Source: Lingula anatina
Taxonomy: Eukaryota > Animalia > Brachiopoda
Length of the DNA stretch: 64,000 bases
Assembly (NCBI GenBank): GCA_051362555.1
Contig: CM120641.1
Location: 9,796,001 to 9,860,000, forward strand
Reading direction: 5' to 3'
The stretch's first letter is position 1. Each line of letters opens with the position of its first letter. Made by a program: the position numbers and the translations under genes. Under the pieces are notes generated by a model. The model was given only the letters and a program-made list of their open reading frames with translations. It did not search any database and had not been told where the DNA came from. Positions 1 to 12,958 of this stretch are shown here, one piece after another.

Positions 1-1046
1 ACTGTGAACAGAACTCCCAGCCTCTGCCCAAGCCTTTTTCACTACCTGAAATATTCTGTGAGTCAAAACGCTTACTGTTGCTGGATTGTTGTCTCCGCCG
101 TTTGCTGCTGCAGTGCTTGAACGGCAGACAAATCTCAATTTATAAGTAACTCAAACAGGTTTTTTGCCAGAAATAATAATTAAGATACCAGTTGCCACTT
201 GCCAGAACAAGCTTGCTGCATCCCTGGTGAAGTTTAATACAAATAGTCTTTACTGTATCCAAAACCTTAGTTGATTAAATGTAACAAATATGTGAAACCA
301 TTACATAAAGTGCAGAGGTTTCTCATCAAAAGCAGCACCGTTGAATGCATTCACTAAATAATACAATTACTCGCTGGGATGAACCTCGGGGGAAGGAGCT
401 CTCACCTGCACTGCATTGCCATTCCCCTATACCACATTCCCCCTCAACATTTATGATTTCAGTTCTTTGGGCGAATTTGCCATTTCTTGGATCTAGAAAT
501 AGAAGCAGTTTGGACATGAAATATTGTTGTTCTCGCACATTAGAGGAAGTGTAGGCCAACATGTAGCATCCTTGCTTCATTTAATTGTTCTCTTTTCACT
601 TGAAACTGTGTTACATTTGATTGATTTATTATTCACCGGTTGCCCGCACAAGCCTATATATACATGCTTCTCTGATCCCGGTAATGTATTTACTCGGTTC
701 AAAAGCTATTTTATGAGTCCGTTTAAATGTAGCATACCAAGAAACGGAGTTTATACTGTGCCCATGCTGATACAGATCTGTTTTTTCCTTTGTTCAAAAA
801 AGAAAAAAAAAAGAGAAAGAAAAAAATCGGCCTTTTTTGTAGAAAAACGGCCCCTCCGTCTTATCTGTTGTAGATATCTCTTTGGTTCGGTAGACTGCCA
901 TATTTTCATTAAATATGAGTCGCGTTGATCAGTACTTGTTAACTAAATTTGATAATGATATTTACACGTGTCTAACGCTATGGCATTCACGTTAACCTTC
1001 GGAGACTTTCAGCGGCCTGGAACTGGTCATACACCTGGAGATAGCA

Positions 1047-1201
1047 AGCCAGGGGGGGTCAGCGGTTTCCAAAGACCACCCTTTTTTTTCGCCGGGAAAA
1101 GGTCCCCTCTGGATAAAATTTTATCTAGGCACATGAGTCATGGTAAAAAGTCCACTTCTTCAGAAAAAGAACCCGTTTAGAAATTGCTGGCTACAGGTCT
1201 G
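1047..1201. mobile_element. Degenerate MITE, same family as 26317-26484
   Basis: Shares AGCCAGGGGGG...GGTAAAAAGTCCACTT...GAAATTGCTGGCTA(C/T)(A/G)GG(T/C)CTG with the intact copy at 26317-26484; the left TIR is eroded. Confidence 0.7.
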
Positions 1202-4197
1202 AATGTATTTGGATGTTCAAGAAGAGACTTCACAAGATCTTTGACATTGTTTTTTTTTTCACATATCACAGTTAAGTGTTCGCTTGCCGCTTAGCAGGCA
1301 GCATATTACTGATTTATATTTAATGATAAAAGACGTGCGCAAACAAGAATACCATCATGATTGAGGCCCGATAAGATCACTGGTCCGATATATCCAAGAT
1401 TATCGCCTGTCAGTGGTCAGCTTAACAAGCACTTTTACGTCTAGCATTTCATAATTGCATGGTTTAACTTTTCAGTCACCTCTAGCCTAGCGGATGATTG
1501 ATCTACATTTTATATTTAGGTTGAGACAGAGTGGTGTCAAGGGAATCATTGCATGACAAACGTTTTTAGGCTTCGTAAAGAATGTGCCTATAATGCATTT
1601 ATGGGATATCTTTATTTTCCCGTGGCATTTAAAACATCATCTTTCAGTAATGATGACATGAATTTAATGTAAGAAGTGTACAACGTATTCAAGAACAATG
1701 CGTGCACCCTCAAAATACTCCAGTTCCTTTCTGTATATATATTTGATCGTCACTATAAAGTTAGAACGGTCTTTAAATTATTTTCAACATATCACCTTTC
1801 CAACAACAATTTTTCTGGGCGGCTTGACAATTACACGCAAATCACTTTCATTATGAATTAATTTGATCACGCGTTCATCATGTCATCCTGGTTGGGTGAA
1901 TTAGAATCTCATTTGACGTTAAGTTGGCGTTTACAGTTAGTTTAACGAAGCAAGAAAACAAGACCCCCGGTGGGAAAATGTGAAAGCTACAGTAATCTAG
2001 CTTATAAAGCGCCGTTACATTGTGAAGATCAACATCCCTATCCACTTCACGGACGGACAGAGGCCATGGTAAGAACCCTTGCAACGAACAATGGTATTTC
2101 AAAGTAAATGTGTATTCTAATGCTTTTTAATAGATGTCACAAGCTCTATCCCAACGTTGTTATCACGCAAGATACATGTACCTGGGCAACGCGAAGAATG
2201 AACGTCAGATCGATCCAGCCAAACTCACCTTGTCTGCTACACCTGTGCTAGTACAACAATTACCTCCGGAGCAGCATCTTGTCGATCCAAGTACTCATTA
2301 GAAGTTCGTTAGAGCTCATTTCGATAAACAAGCTACCTGTGGAACTCTATTGAAACTACTGCTCCACAGACTGAATCTTACCTCTCGTTTCTCCTACTAT
2401 TTAATTCATACACTGCACAAGAATCTTACCGCAGGCTTCGAGTACTCCACGCGCTAAATATAGCGTCTGTGCTATGAACTGCAAGCGTCGGAAACACTTG
2501 TGTTCATTTGGGAACACGGAATTAGCTCTGCTCGGCAAAATAACAATTTCAGGCGCACTTAAGTCTGCATTACATCAATTTGTGCTCCCACAGCTCGAAC
2601 GAAGTACGTTGACTTTATTGCGCCTCGGCTAAATTTTGCATAGATTTAAAGAAAGCGCCGAGGCCATTGACGCTGTTGACGTGGGAGATGAGGAGGGCAT
2701 GGGTAGCGAGGGAGTTCCCGCGTCATGATCTTTTATGATTCCTTTGTGTTAATTACAAGCTTGGGGTACTGTGTTGGAGGTTTATCGCTGTTTCCGCGCG
2801 TCATTCTCTCCAAAGACGTAAGATCAACATATACCAAATGTAAAGATATACACATGTACCAAGCGTCTCAATATCAGCGTCGTCTCTGTCGGAGTGTCCT
2901 GTATTGAATACTACATATTTATTTAGAACAGATTGGATTGGTTACACAAACGTTTATTTGCCGTTTTGAGGTTACTTGTCTTTTATTCAATAGTGGTTTG
3001 AAGCAGATAACATCACGCATTTGTGAAACTGATTTAGACAGCCTTATATAATCTGCGATCATTTTCGATCGATGCTGTGGTCCTGGCAGACAGCAAAACT
3101 CGTCGTTCCCATAGGATCTATACCCAGACTAGGCTCCCTAGAACATCCTCCCACGCACACCAGATATTATCTTTGTAGCGTGAAATGAACAGCATCCATT
3201 ATTGACGATTATGGTTCTATATGTATATTGTTTGCTTATTATGCTGGAGAAATCAAATCTGAGATACAGGCGGTTTAATATATTATAATAATACACATTC
3301 CACAAAGACATGTAGTGGAGGGAGAAGCGATTGGTGCACAAGTAGTATAAATTATCCCCCCCCCCTCCTTATTGATCATACTAAGAATTCTTAGCACATA
3401 ACACTGTAAATAGTTAGTTTTTCTTTTTTTTTTTTTTAAAGAACGCACTTGTATTTGGAATTTGGCACGGAAAAATCTAAATGAATAAATATAAATCATA
3501 ACAGGGAATTATATGGGATATAATTCCCTGATCATAATGATACTCATAATGATAATTATAATAACAATAAAACTAAACAACTACACATAAACAATAAAAA
3601 AATAAATGAATAAATAAAAAAGTTTCGACAGTAAACACAAAGTGAGTCAAGTTATATACAAATCTGGTCTGTGCATGAATAATTCTTGAGCATGCTTGGT
3701 GCACCAAGTTATAGCTACGCTATCGGAAAGCACCACGTCACGCTCCTCTGATTATTGAAGATATAACATGGAATACCGGATATTTGATTCGTGAATAAAA
3801 AATCTCCACCGGCTACCAAAGACGAAGTCATGAAATGCATTCTATGTAAGATCTGAAGGTCCCACAGGCAATTTTAAAAAAACCATTCAGCTTGGAAAGT
3901 TCACGTGAAACTGTGTAGTCCTTTTTTATTCGTGTAACCTCATTTCTTCCAGAGGCATATCTGGTTTTTGTACATGTACTCCGTTTTAACGAGGACCGGA
4001 CTAGCTTGATGAATCCTAGGTTTCAATCACTGAATCTTCTTGGCTGTAATTAGGAGCTGTTATCTCTAACGACACCACTGAGGACAGCCATTTCGTTTAA
4101 TGTCCTATCATAAACCAGGTTCGCTGGGAATCGCTATATCAAGGTCATTAAGAGTGCATGTGTATTTGTATCTCCGGCGGATTTCTCTCTCTTTTTC

Positions 4198-4200
<3 letters not shown>

Positions 4201-4254
<54 letters not shown>
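4201..4254. repeat. (GT)20(GA)n compound microsatellite
   Basis: Read directly. Confidence 0.95.
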
Positions 4255-4609
4255 CCATTAAGGGTACGTAAGATACCAATTTCCAGCATGTTCATTCAAT
4301 GATAATGCCGTTCCCTCTTAATTAGAGTAGTACTTGTGCTTCACATATGTCATTCATACAGTAATACCCATAGATATGTCTCTGGCTATATTTCTGCACT
4401 TTTTTGTACTAGTTGTGGCTATTTCTTTGCACTTGTGTTAATAATAAATAATTAATTATGTCTAAAATCCATCTAAAAAGTTCAGTAGACAGTTTTCTGT
4501 AAAAAAAATTTGAATTAAAAAAAAAAAAACAAAAAAAAAAAACGTCGTCACCCAGCTGGACTCTGGTAGAGAGTAGGCATAATGGTGGACAGCTTTGTTG
4601 ACTAAATAA

Positions 4610-4990
4610 GGCCGACCGATATTTGACCCTCGTACTAGTTAGTACACTGTTCTGAATGCGGCCTAATTAGACTCTAGTCCTCGGATCAACTTGTTCTGAA
4701 TGCGACCTAAGAAAGCCCCCCCCCCTCCATATATCACACCAAGCCAGATGGCCATATTTTTCCGTGGATCTGTTAGCTCGCATTCAGAACAGTGGACTAA
4801 CTAGTCCAAGGGTCAAATATGGCGACCCACTGAAAAGCTTGCCGTCTAATCCACTAATAGACACTGAATAGATTCCCTGCGGGGAAGTAGGCCTATTCAA
4901 ATGGATCGGCCATATTTAACCCTCGAACTAGTTGGTACACTGTTCTGAATGCGGCCTAATTAAGAGAGACCCCCCCCCCATATATATCAC
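4610..4990. mobile_element. Cluster of Tourist/PIF-Harbinger-like MITE copies (best copy ~4776-4956)
   Basis: About 50-bp imperfect TIRs GCTCGCATTCAGAACAGTGGACTAACTAGT...ACTAGTTGGTACACTGTTCTGAATGCGGCC, flanked by TTA/TAA. Extra termini TGTTCTGAATGCG(G/A)CCTAA occur near 4648 and 4692. Confidence 0.65.
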
Positions 4991-5757
4991 AACAATCCAT
5001 ATAGACAGAGTAGGCCTAAATCCATGTAGGCATACAGATATCAACAGCTAAACCAGGAGTGATGAAAACATTGTTTCGATTACTCCACATATCCTAAGGA
5101 CAAAGTAAAAACACAGCGCAAGTTGATTACACAGAGACACAATTGGATTTGATGAGACGACGTCAAAGTTACTCAAAGGTAATCACGTTCTGATACAGAA
5201 TGCAAACCGTATTGTAACTAGTAGACTATAGGGTGGATTTTACTTAGAACACAATTGGTCCGTGAATTCGTCCGGTTTGCAATTTGTACTGGGGAGGAGG
5301 CTAAACTCGAGAGACAATTCTGGATTTGACATTACATGTACATCTCGGTTACCATAAATATTGTGATATTTCGCCTTCCCACGTGATGCACCCTGAGCTT
5401 GAGAGATAACTCCACATTTTAGCATACCCTCTGCCGTTTCATTTCGGTGACGTGGGATTGTAAAAGGTGAACAACTAAAACAAGTGCAGCGTGAAATATT
5501 TTGTTACTAGTCATTAATTTTCCCAGATTCTCAAGGGTTTGGAAAAATTTACTGCTCACACATGTTATAATGCAACAATAATGCAACTATGCTTAACAAC
5601 TGAAGTTAATAATATAATGTCAGCAGATGTCAAATAACGACAACGCAACAATGTTATAATGCAGTTAAAATGATACTTAGGTAATGCGAAATCCAAGGGT
5701 ACTGCAAGATAACTTTGAACAGAATGTTCTTAAAAGTTGGTTTGCCTATATATCTTT

Positions 5758-5928
5758 GCTCGGTCATCAAGTGTTGCTGCGCGAACAACTCAGGGTGACA
5801 CCCGCTCTCGCCACGCTCGGTCATCAAGTGTTCTTGCTTGAGCAACTCAGGGTGACTCCTGGTCTCTCCACGCTCGGTCATCAAGTGTTCCTGCACGAGC
5901 AACTCAGGGTGACTCCCGGTCTCGCCAC
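5758..5928. repeat. 3 x 57-bp tandem repeat with hairpin potential; related monomer at ~6806-6862
   Basis: Unit GCTCGGTCATCAAGTGTT-N9-RCAACTCAGGGTGAC(A/T)CC...TCTC(G/T)CCAC occurs three times; it explains the repetitive ORFs 5654-5902(-) and 5684-5944(+). Confidence 0.9.
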
Positions 5929-6482
5929 CAACATCACAGTTTAGTTATTGAACCGAGCAAGTAATTTCTTTCTGGCTTTGCAACTACAAATACAAACTTG
6001 TGGAATTTTATATTATAGTTTCATTTATAAAAATAATAATGATTATTATTATTTATTGGGCACGGAAATGTTTTTTACATTCAACCCCCCCCTCTCTCTC
6101 TCTCTCAGCACACAGGTGGTCACCAGACATACGGTCGCCACTCAGTGCGCCTAGCACACTTATTACGTTAGACAGGGTATTACTGGCCAATCACGGCTTA
6201 ACTTCCTTAACACAACGTGACCACTGCACGCGACAAAGTCAGACCCTTTCAGGCAAGCGGATCGCAGGGACGCAGCTATTAGACTACAAGAATACTTTCG
6301 TATCAAAAGAATCGTAAGACCGCACAAGGTAAGAAACTTTATATTAACCTAAGATCTAATATCTGTTTATTAGATCTTAGTATTAACCTATCGCCTCCCT
6401 CCCCTCCGCGACAGCGTCGTTATTTACCACACCTTCAATAACTGCTTTCTTCGCTTGAGTATCCTATTTGGCGTCCCCATTG

Positions 6483-6730
6483 AAGCCTAGGTCCCAACCG
6501 AACGTACGGGCTGCTACGTGTGGTCTACGGCCAAAAGAAAATGGGGAAAACGTGGGAGTTCGTGTGTGAGGAGCACGTCCATCGTGCGACTTTAAGTAGG
6601 ACGCAAACAGCACGTAAAAACTTTTCTACATGATCAACACCAATTACTTGATTCCTTCCCTGCGATCTAGTTACGTTCTAGCCGGAACCTATAACCCGTG
6701 CGTCCAAAACGTAGTTAGGACCTAAGCTTT
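6483..6730. mobile_element. Putative MITE
   Basis: Terminal inverted match AAGCCTAGGTCCCAAC ... GTTAGGACCTAAGCTT (14/16). Confidence 0.45.
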
Positions 6731-7304
6731 AAGGGCGTCTTTTTCCTCCCCCCTCAATAATAGCTAACTTCGCTCAAGTATCTAACTTGGTATTTCTCAA
6801 TCTATGGCGCCGCTCGGTCATTCGAGTGTACTTGCACTCAATGTGACTCCCGCTTTCGCCAAAGGACCGATTAGGCCTACAAGTAATCGAAAACAAAAAA
6901 GTGATTTGAGAGCTTATATTTAATTATTAATTAATCCATATGTTAATTTATTGTCATGGTATATAGGTCATGCACATCTATACAATTTAGGACAGAAGTT
7001 AGAGATATTTTGGGTCCTAAATAATAATAAAATGTAACGTATTCAATTATATCTATTAGTATTTATCGTTTTGCTTGGTAAAATCATGGAAGTATATCAA
7101 GATGTATTTCCATGGTAAAATGCATGGTAGATTTAGAACTGAAAAACAACAAATTCAAAACATACTGCACGAGAGTGACGGTAGGTACATGTACCTAATA
7201 ACCTGTCCAATATTTCGAGACGCTTACAATTCCCCCCTTGTCTAATATAATTCTCAAGAGATGACTGTATCAAACCATGGAAATAAACCGTAGTCTACGA
7301 TATA

Positions 7305-8751
7305 TTTGTACCACCAGTGTAGGCGTTGGCGGTACACATGATTTTATTTCCGATTCTTCTCGTCCGCCGTATCGGCCGGCTCCGCCGCCATGTCACCGTT
7401 ACCACTTCTCCTCCTAGACTACAAGAGCCTGTGCACCCATCTCTTGGATTTAGGTCACATGTAATCTCAACTCGTACCACGTAAATTATGGGCTTTGTTG
7501 GTGCACAGGTCTAGGTATGGCGCTCGTCGCAAAGCACCCTTGTCCAAAATTTGCCAAATTAAATGCTAAGTATCTCCCAAACCGAAGGAATTATGAGAAA
7601 AAATTCTATGGATGGCTGACCGAAAGTCATGTGGAGATTTCAAATGTACCATTGGATTTGGCCTTTGACCTTTAATTCAAAGTTAAACGGGCCAAAATAT
7701 TTGTGAAAGTAGGGATTTTTTGCGAATAAAATTTTTATTTGAACCGATTTTCAGAAACTACACAGACCTTACTTATAACTATATAATTTATGGGCAAGTG
7801 TTACCCTTAGGGTCATCTTTCACCTCCTTGAGTTGGTAAATCGATGCATTTTCACAGCCATTAAAAGCCAAAACTGAATATTCTCTCTAATTCTGGAACC
7901 GTAAATGCTAGATACCTCTTGTTTTTTGCAATTTATAGAGCTTGTCAAGATCAACACAGAAGGTGGTGTCCATTTTTTTTTTTTTGTTTTCCATTGGATT
8001 TACGAGTTGCGCTATATAAAAAAATACGAGGTGGTGAAAATGAAATATGAAACACGGTAATGTACCATACATTTCGAACGTCAGAAAAAAACAACAAAAA
8101 ACATAAGACTTACCGAGAGACAGACAACTTCCTGACAAAAATGACAGAAATTTATGAAAGTCGAACATTTAAAAATTCTGAGCACCTCCCATTTCGTGAA
8201 TTTCGACCAAAACGATCTTTTTGCTATTTCAGTTTATTTTTTCTGTACGAAATTCATGGCACTTTACTGTAACTTCTAAACTAGCAAAGATACACGCATA
8301 GTTACTATTGTACTTGAATAGGAAGTCATATACTGGTTATTTAGCTGACCTTGAAATTGACCTTTGACCTACTTTTCACCATGAATTGAACTTGGCAACT
8401 TTCTATCCCTTGCATCTTCAAAACCGGCAGAGATAGGCCCATAGTTACTCTTGAACAGGAATGGGTAGTCATGTACTGGGAATCTAAGTATGATCTTGAA
8501 ATTGATCTTTGGCTTTTTTTTCGCCATGAACTGCTCTTCACAAATTTGGATTTAAACTTATTTTTCGCCTAGATTTTTTTTTAAATGGTATTTTTCAACA
8601 AAAAATATTGAGAATTTTTGTTTACTGCATTTTATAGAGCTTTTCAAGCACAACAGGAGGTGCCCCCCTTTTTTGTTTTCCATACGAATAAGCTTACTCC
8701 AGCTGGTGGTACAATACCCGGAGGCGGTATATCCTCTCTGATCCTCCAGGT
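7305..8751. mobile_element. Helentron-associated (HINE/DINE-1-like) non-autonomous element
   Basis: Perfect 12-bp asymmetric subterminal inverted repeat TTGTACCACCAG (7306-7317) / CTGGTGGTACAA (8703-8714), followed by a terminal hairpin ACCCGGAGG...CCTCCAGGT. Internal ~140-bp tandem units (CATAGTTACT...GTCAT..ACTGG...CTTGAAATTGA) at ~8297 and ~8440. A second copy lies at 48608-49341. Confidence 0.7.
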
Positions 8752-10231
8752 CCATGGTGCATCTGAGATATTTTTTCGGATTTTCGCCAAAGTGAGTGAG
8801 TACTCTTGCATGCAGTGAAATGGCACAACGATTGCATTTCAATCCCTGCACCACAGGCAACATATGTTATAGTCCTATATCCTTTTCAGATTTGGAATGC
8901 TGCTGTTCCTTTGAAAAAGTAGTGGTGAGTATGGATGAGCAAATATTTGAAGCAAACGGTATGTGGAACATCGACGTAACTGATGTGGACAATTCATTTA
9001 CATAGGAAGTTAAACTGTGTCATACGTTTTTCATCTTTGTGTTGGTTTGTCTTGAATTTCTTTTGAGAAAATGCACAATCTTTTGTTAATTCACTTGACT
9101 TTCGTCTTTGTTTTCTCATTTTGTCCTGCACACCATTGCTCTGTTTTATGTCCAAATTCAGCAAAGTGTTGAATTGAAAAAAAAAGTTACGACCATTAAG
9201 AGGTAACAGCAACTTTCGAGTTTCAGTAGTCAACACTGGATGTTTTAAGTATTCTCCTACAAAGTTCTCTCGTTTAATTGCAAGTCTCTTTCATGTGTAT
9301 TACAAACAATTAAGTTTTAACGCTTACCGAATTTAATGTTATTTATTAACTACAAATATTTTCTTTTAACATTGTACAACAAGCACCTTTGCGTTGCAAT
9401 TTTGCTAAATAATTAAGTTCTTATTATTATTATTGACAGCGGATCAACTATCGGCAATATTACTTATCATCTAGGTCTTATATTTACTGTTATTTCAAAT
9501 GTAGGCAAAGCATCGACGTTCCTTTTTGAGTAAAAACTACACATCTAAATCTTCAAGAATTTTTCACATGACGCTGAAAGTTCAAAATGGGGCCAACTGG
9601 CTCTGACCAGCGAATGCTCGATATGATTCCCAGCTCTGATCTCCCTATAATTGAAATTTGTCTAATAAACACTAATTCATTACTTGCTGTGTAAAGCGCT
9701 GTTGTAGTAGGCCTATGGTCTTTGTAATAGGCCTAATGACTTTACTGCAGTGTTTTAGTTTACATTTTGTCCCCTGCCACTGTCTGTTTGACAAAATGAT
9801 GAGAATAAAAAATTACAAATAAAAATATTAAAAAAAAAGAAATATCCAAGTTTTTGGCATTTGCACATCCGTTCACTCTTGTAAATTTAATACTTTTTCT
9901 TTTTACTTGACTTGTTTACAAGAACGTTAGTGTTTACAGAATCAATGCTGTTACTTCCGGGAGGTAAAACTCCAATTTTCATTTTTGGTTTGTCGATATC
10001 TATCACCTTGTCACACGCTTTCCCTTTTTGAGATAATTCTTCGTTTTCAACGTCCAAGGTAGTTGATGATTGGATTGGCGAGTTTATAACTATTCGTGCT
10101 TTGTTCCTCTTCAGATTTGTTTTACTGTGCAATGCCCCCATTATGACACCTGTAGCATGTCGTTCCATAATATGTTGTCTGTGCTGGCGGTTTCTAAGAT
10201 GATAATGCTATCTTATTCATAAAGACATACA

Positions 10232-10372
10232 TGACGTCATAAAAATCGGACGTCTCAGCGTCAGCGCGAGGACGTCTGTGCGTAGTGACGAAACTGTCAC
10301 CAAACGTTACCTAACAACAACAATACACAAACAGTTGTCATTGGAAGTGTATTTGGAGTCTTAATCTGATTC
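10232..10372 (+). promoter_or_regulatory. Candidate proximal promoter motifs of the tetraspanin gene: CRE, X-box-like, RCSI/P3-like
   Basis: TGACGTCA at 10232-10239; GTTACCTAACAAC at 10306-10318 (RFX X-box-like); TAATCTGATTC at 10362-10372 (fits TAATYNRATTN). They lie 124-264 bp upstream of the ATG in a locally CpG-richer patch. Short motifs, function unproven. Confidence 0.4.
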
Positions 10373-10495
10373 CTATACTTAACTGCTCTGCTGTTTAAAC
10401 AGTATTTTTTCCGAAAAAGCGAAAGAATGGAGAATATCTCATCCATATGCATTAAGAAAATATTTCACTGGACTGTCTAATGGGAACTTCCTGAC

Positions 10496-12920
10496 ATGGC
10501 GGTCTTAGCTTTTCGCATATCGGAAGAAGGCCGTGTAAGACTAGGCACGATTCTTGCTGTTGTCAACGGGTTTATGGCATTTTTTGGAACTGTGATGATC
10601 GTTATGGGAATATACATCAAGGATCGCATTGAATCCCGCCTGGTTGTCCTTGAAGATTACAATCCAGGCACTTTGCCATACATGCTGATTTCAGTCGGGG
10701 CAATACTGATCGTCATAAACGGCATTGGTGCCAAAATTTGCTACGACTGCGGATCCTACGAGACTAGAGAGAGATTCCAGAGTGTTCTTCTTCTTTATAT
10801 ACTGTTAATATTCGTTATAAGTTGGGTTGTCATGTCAGCAGCGTGCCTCTGCTTTTCTCACAGGGGTAAGTATCTGATGTCACTATGATATGTCTCAGGA
10901 TATGGCTATATTAGGAGTTATATACATGTAGACCGTGCTAGCAAGATCGTTATTGTTTTAAAAGTTTTCTTTGCATCTGGATTTATCTATATATATATTT
11001 TTTTTCATTTCTTTTCGATTGACATGCATTATTACTAGTCCGGTGGCTTAAGGAAAAAATCGTGACACGGCGGATAAAAGCACCAAATTTGGCATGTAGT
11101 AACCTTTTGACATTCTAAATCAAATTAGAGCCGTAGCCCTCTCAAACTATTTACCGTTTGGTCAAAAAATCCAAAATGGCCGCCAATTTATGGAATTCTT
11201 TAGAAATATGTACATACCCGTGTTTATTTTTATCAAATAAATTATTTCCTCAGAGTTTTCCACACCCTAATTACCCATTTTATTCATATGTCAGATAGCA
11301 AACTAGTTCCCTTGGACTTTTTGAAAAAATCCAAGATGGCTGTCATATGCCATAGAAACAGCCATAGGAATACTAGTGCACAACTAATACCAGCTATAAA
11401 GATACGTTGCCCACTATCAAATTAAGTCTGTTTCTCAGATTTTTGTTACCCATATAATATGTTTGTGGTGAGTAACTGCGAAGTGTTCTTGGGCATTTTG
11501 GAAAATCCAAGATGGCTGCCATGTGCCACAGGAATTCTAGTATACGGGGGATTCAACTAATGGCAACTGGAAAGATTAAGTTTCCACTATCAAATTAAGT
11601 TTGTTTCTGAGTGTTTTCCACATCCTTTCCACCCACACAATATGTATGTGGTGAGTTACTAACATGTATTCTTGGGCATTTTGAGAAAATCCAAGATGGC
11701 CGCCATATGTCATAGGAATTCTTCTAGTATTACAAAGGGTTAGAACTAATGCCCGCTATCAAATTAAGTTTATTTTTTCTGTGTTTTACACATTATTATT
11801 ACACTGTGATACATATCTAGCAGGTAATAAATGTGCATATTTGATCATTTTGAGAAAATCCAAGATGGCCGTCATTGGTCATAGGAATACTACTGGAATT
11901 ACAACTGCACACCCATGGCTTTTCATCTACTACCAGGGTGAAATTGTGTTTGCTTATCAAGTTTTGCCCATCCTTATTAGCCCTATGATATATATCTGGT
12001 GGGTAAATAGTGTGCATCCTTGGATATTCTGAGAAAATCCAAGATAGCTACAATTTGACATAGGATACTAATGGGTGGGTTTCATTATACAATTACATTC
12101 CCATGGGTTTGTTTTAAAAATAATTTACGTTTTTCTTTCCATTTATTATTACCCCTATGATGTATTCCTCGTCTGTAGCATGTGTGTATCTTTGGGTATT
12201 CTGAAAAAAAATCAAGATGTCTGCCTTTTGTCATTAGAATATTTGTACACATAATCAAATAATGCCAGAGATACACTGAGTACAATTTAAATGTAGTTAA
12301 CTTTAGATTGTTTTTAAACTTTTTCCCTTTCATATCCTATTTATCCTTATGAAAGACTCTGTGTGTTTAGAAAGTGTATGTAACCTTGAGTACTATTCGG
12401 AGAAAACCCAAGATAGCTGCCAGTTGCGATAGGAATATATCATTCAAATGCATAGAGGTGTCAATTAATGGAACAGTTCAGACATTGATTCCAACATGAA
12501 ATAAAGCCGTTTGATGTTCAAACACGTTGACATCCTTATTAACCTTACTCTATATAAATCTGGCGTGTAGCAAGTGTGCATCTAGCGTATTTGAGAAAAT
12601 TCAAGATTGCTGCAATTCACAATAGGAATTAATAGTACAGTCAACTAGTGCCAGGGAGACATTGGGTTCAATATAAAATGAATTTTGTTTCTCGGTATTT
12701 CCAACATTCTTTTTGGACTTTGAGATATCTATCTGGTGGGTAACAAGTGTGTACCCTTAAGTATTTTAACAAAATATCATAATGACCCTGATTTGCCGTA
12801 GAAGTGCCTATAAAATCCAATGCACCAGTTTTCCTATGGGGAAAAGAAGGCCATCTTGGATTTCCCCAAAATGATCAAATATGGACATTAATTACCTAAC
12901 AGATATGTATCATGAGATAA

Positions 12921-12958
<38 letters not shown>

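Noticed and set aside
1-3500. Several 60-134-aa ORFs and a GCCTCGGC...GCCGAGGC hairpin at ~2622-2664
   Set aside because: No family motifs or consistent exon chain. The hairpin is short and bulged, insufficient for a miRNA or terminator call.
5654-5944. Repetitive ORFs on both strands, and a superficial CRISPR-like look
   Set aside because: They arise from a 57-bp (19-codon) tandem repeat. The variable parts are only ~9 nt and mutually related, there are no cas genes, and the context is eukaryotic.
6110-6300. Minus-strand GAAGTTAAGC...TGGCCAGTAATAC resembling the 5S rRNA internal promoter (SINE3-like)
   Set aside because: The similarity is too short, and no box C or remaining 5S sequence is recognisable.
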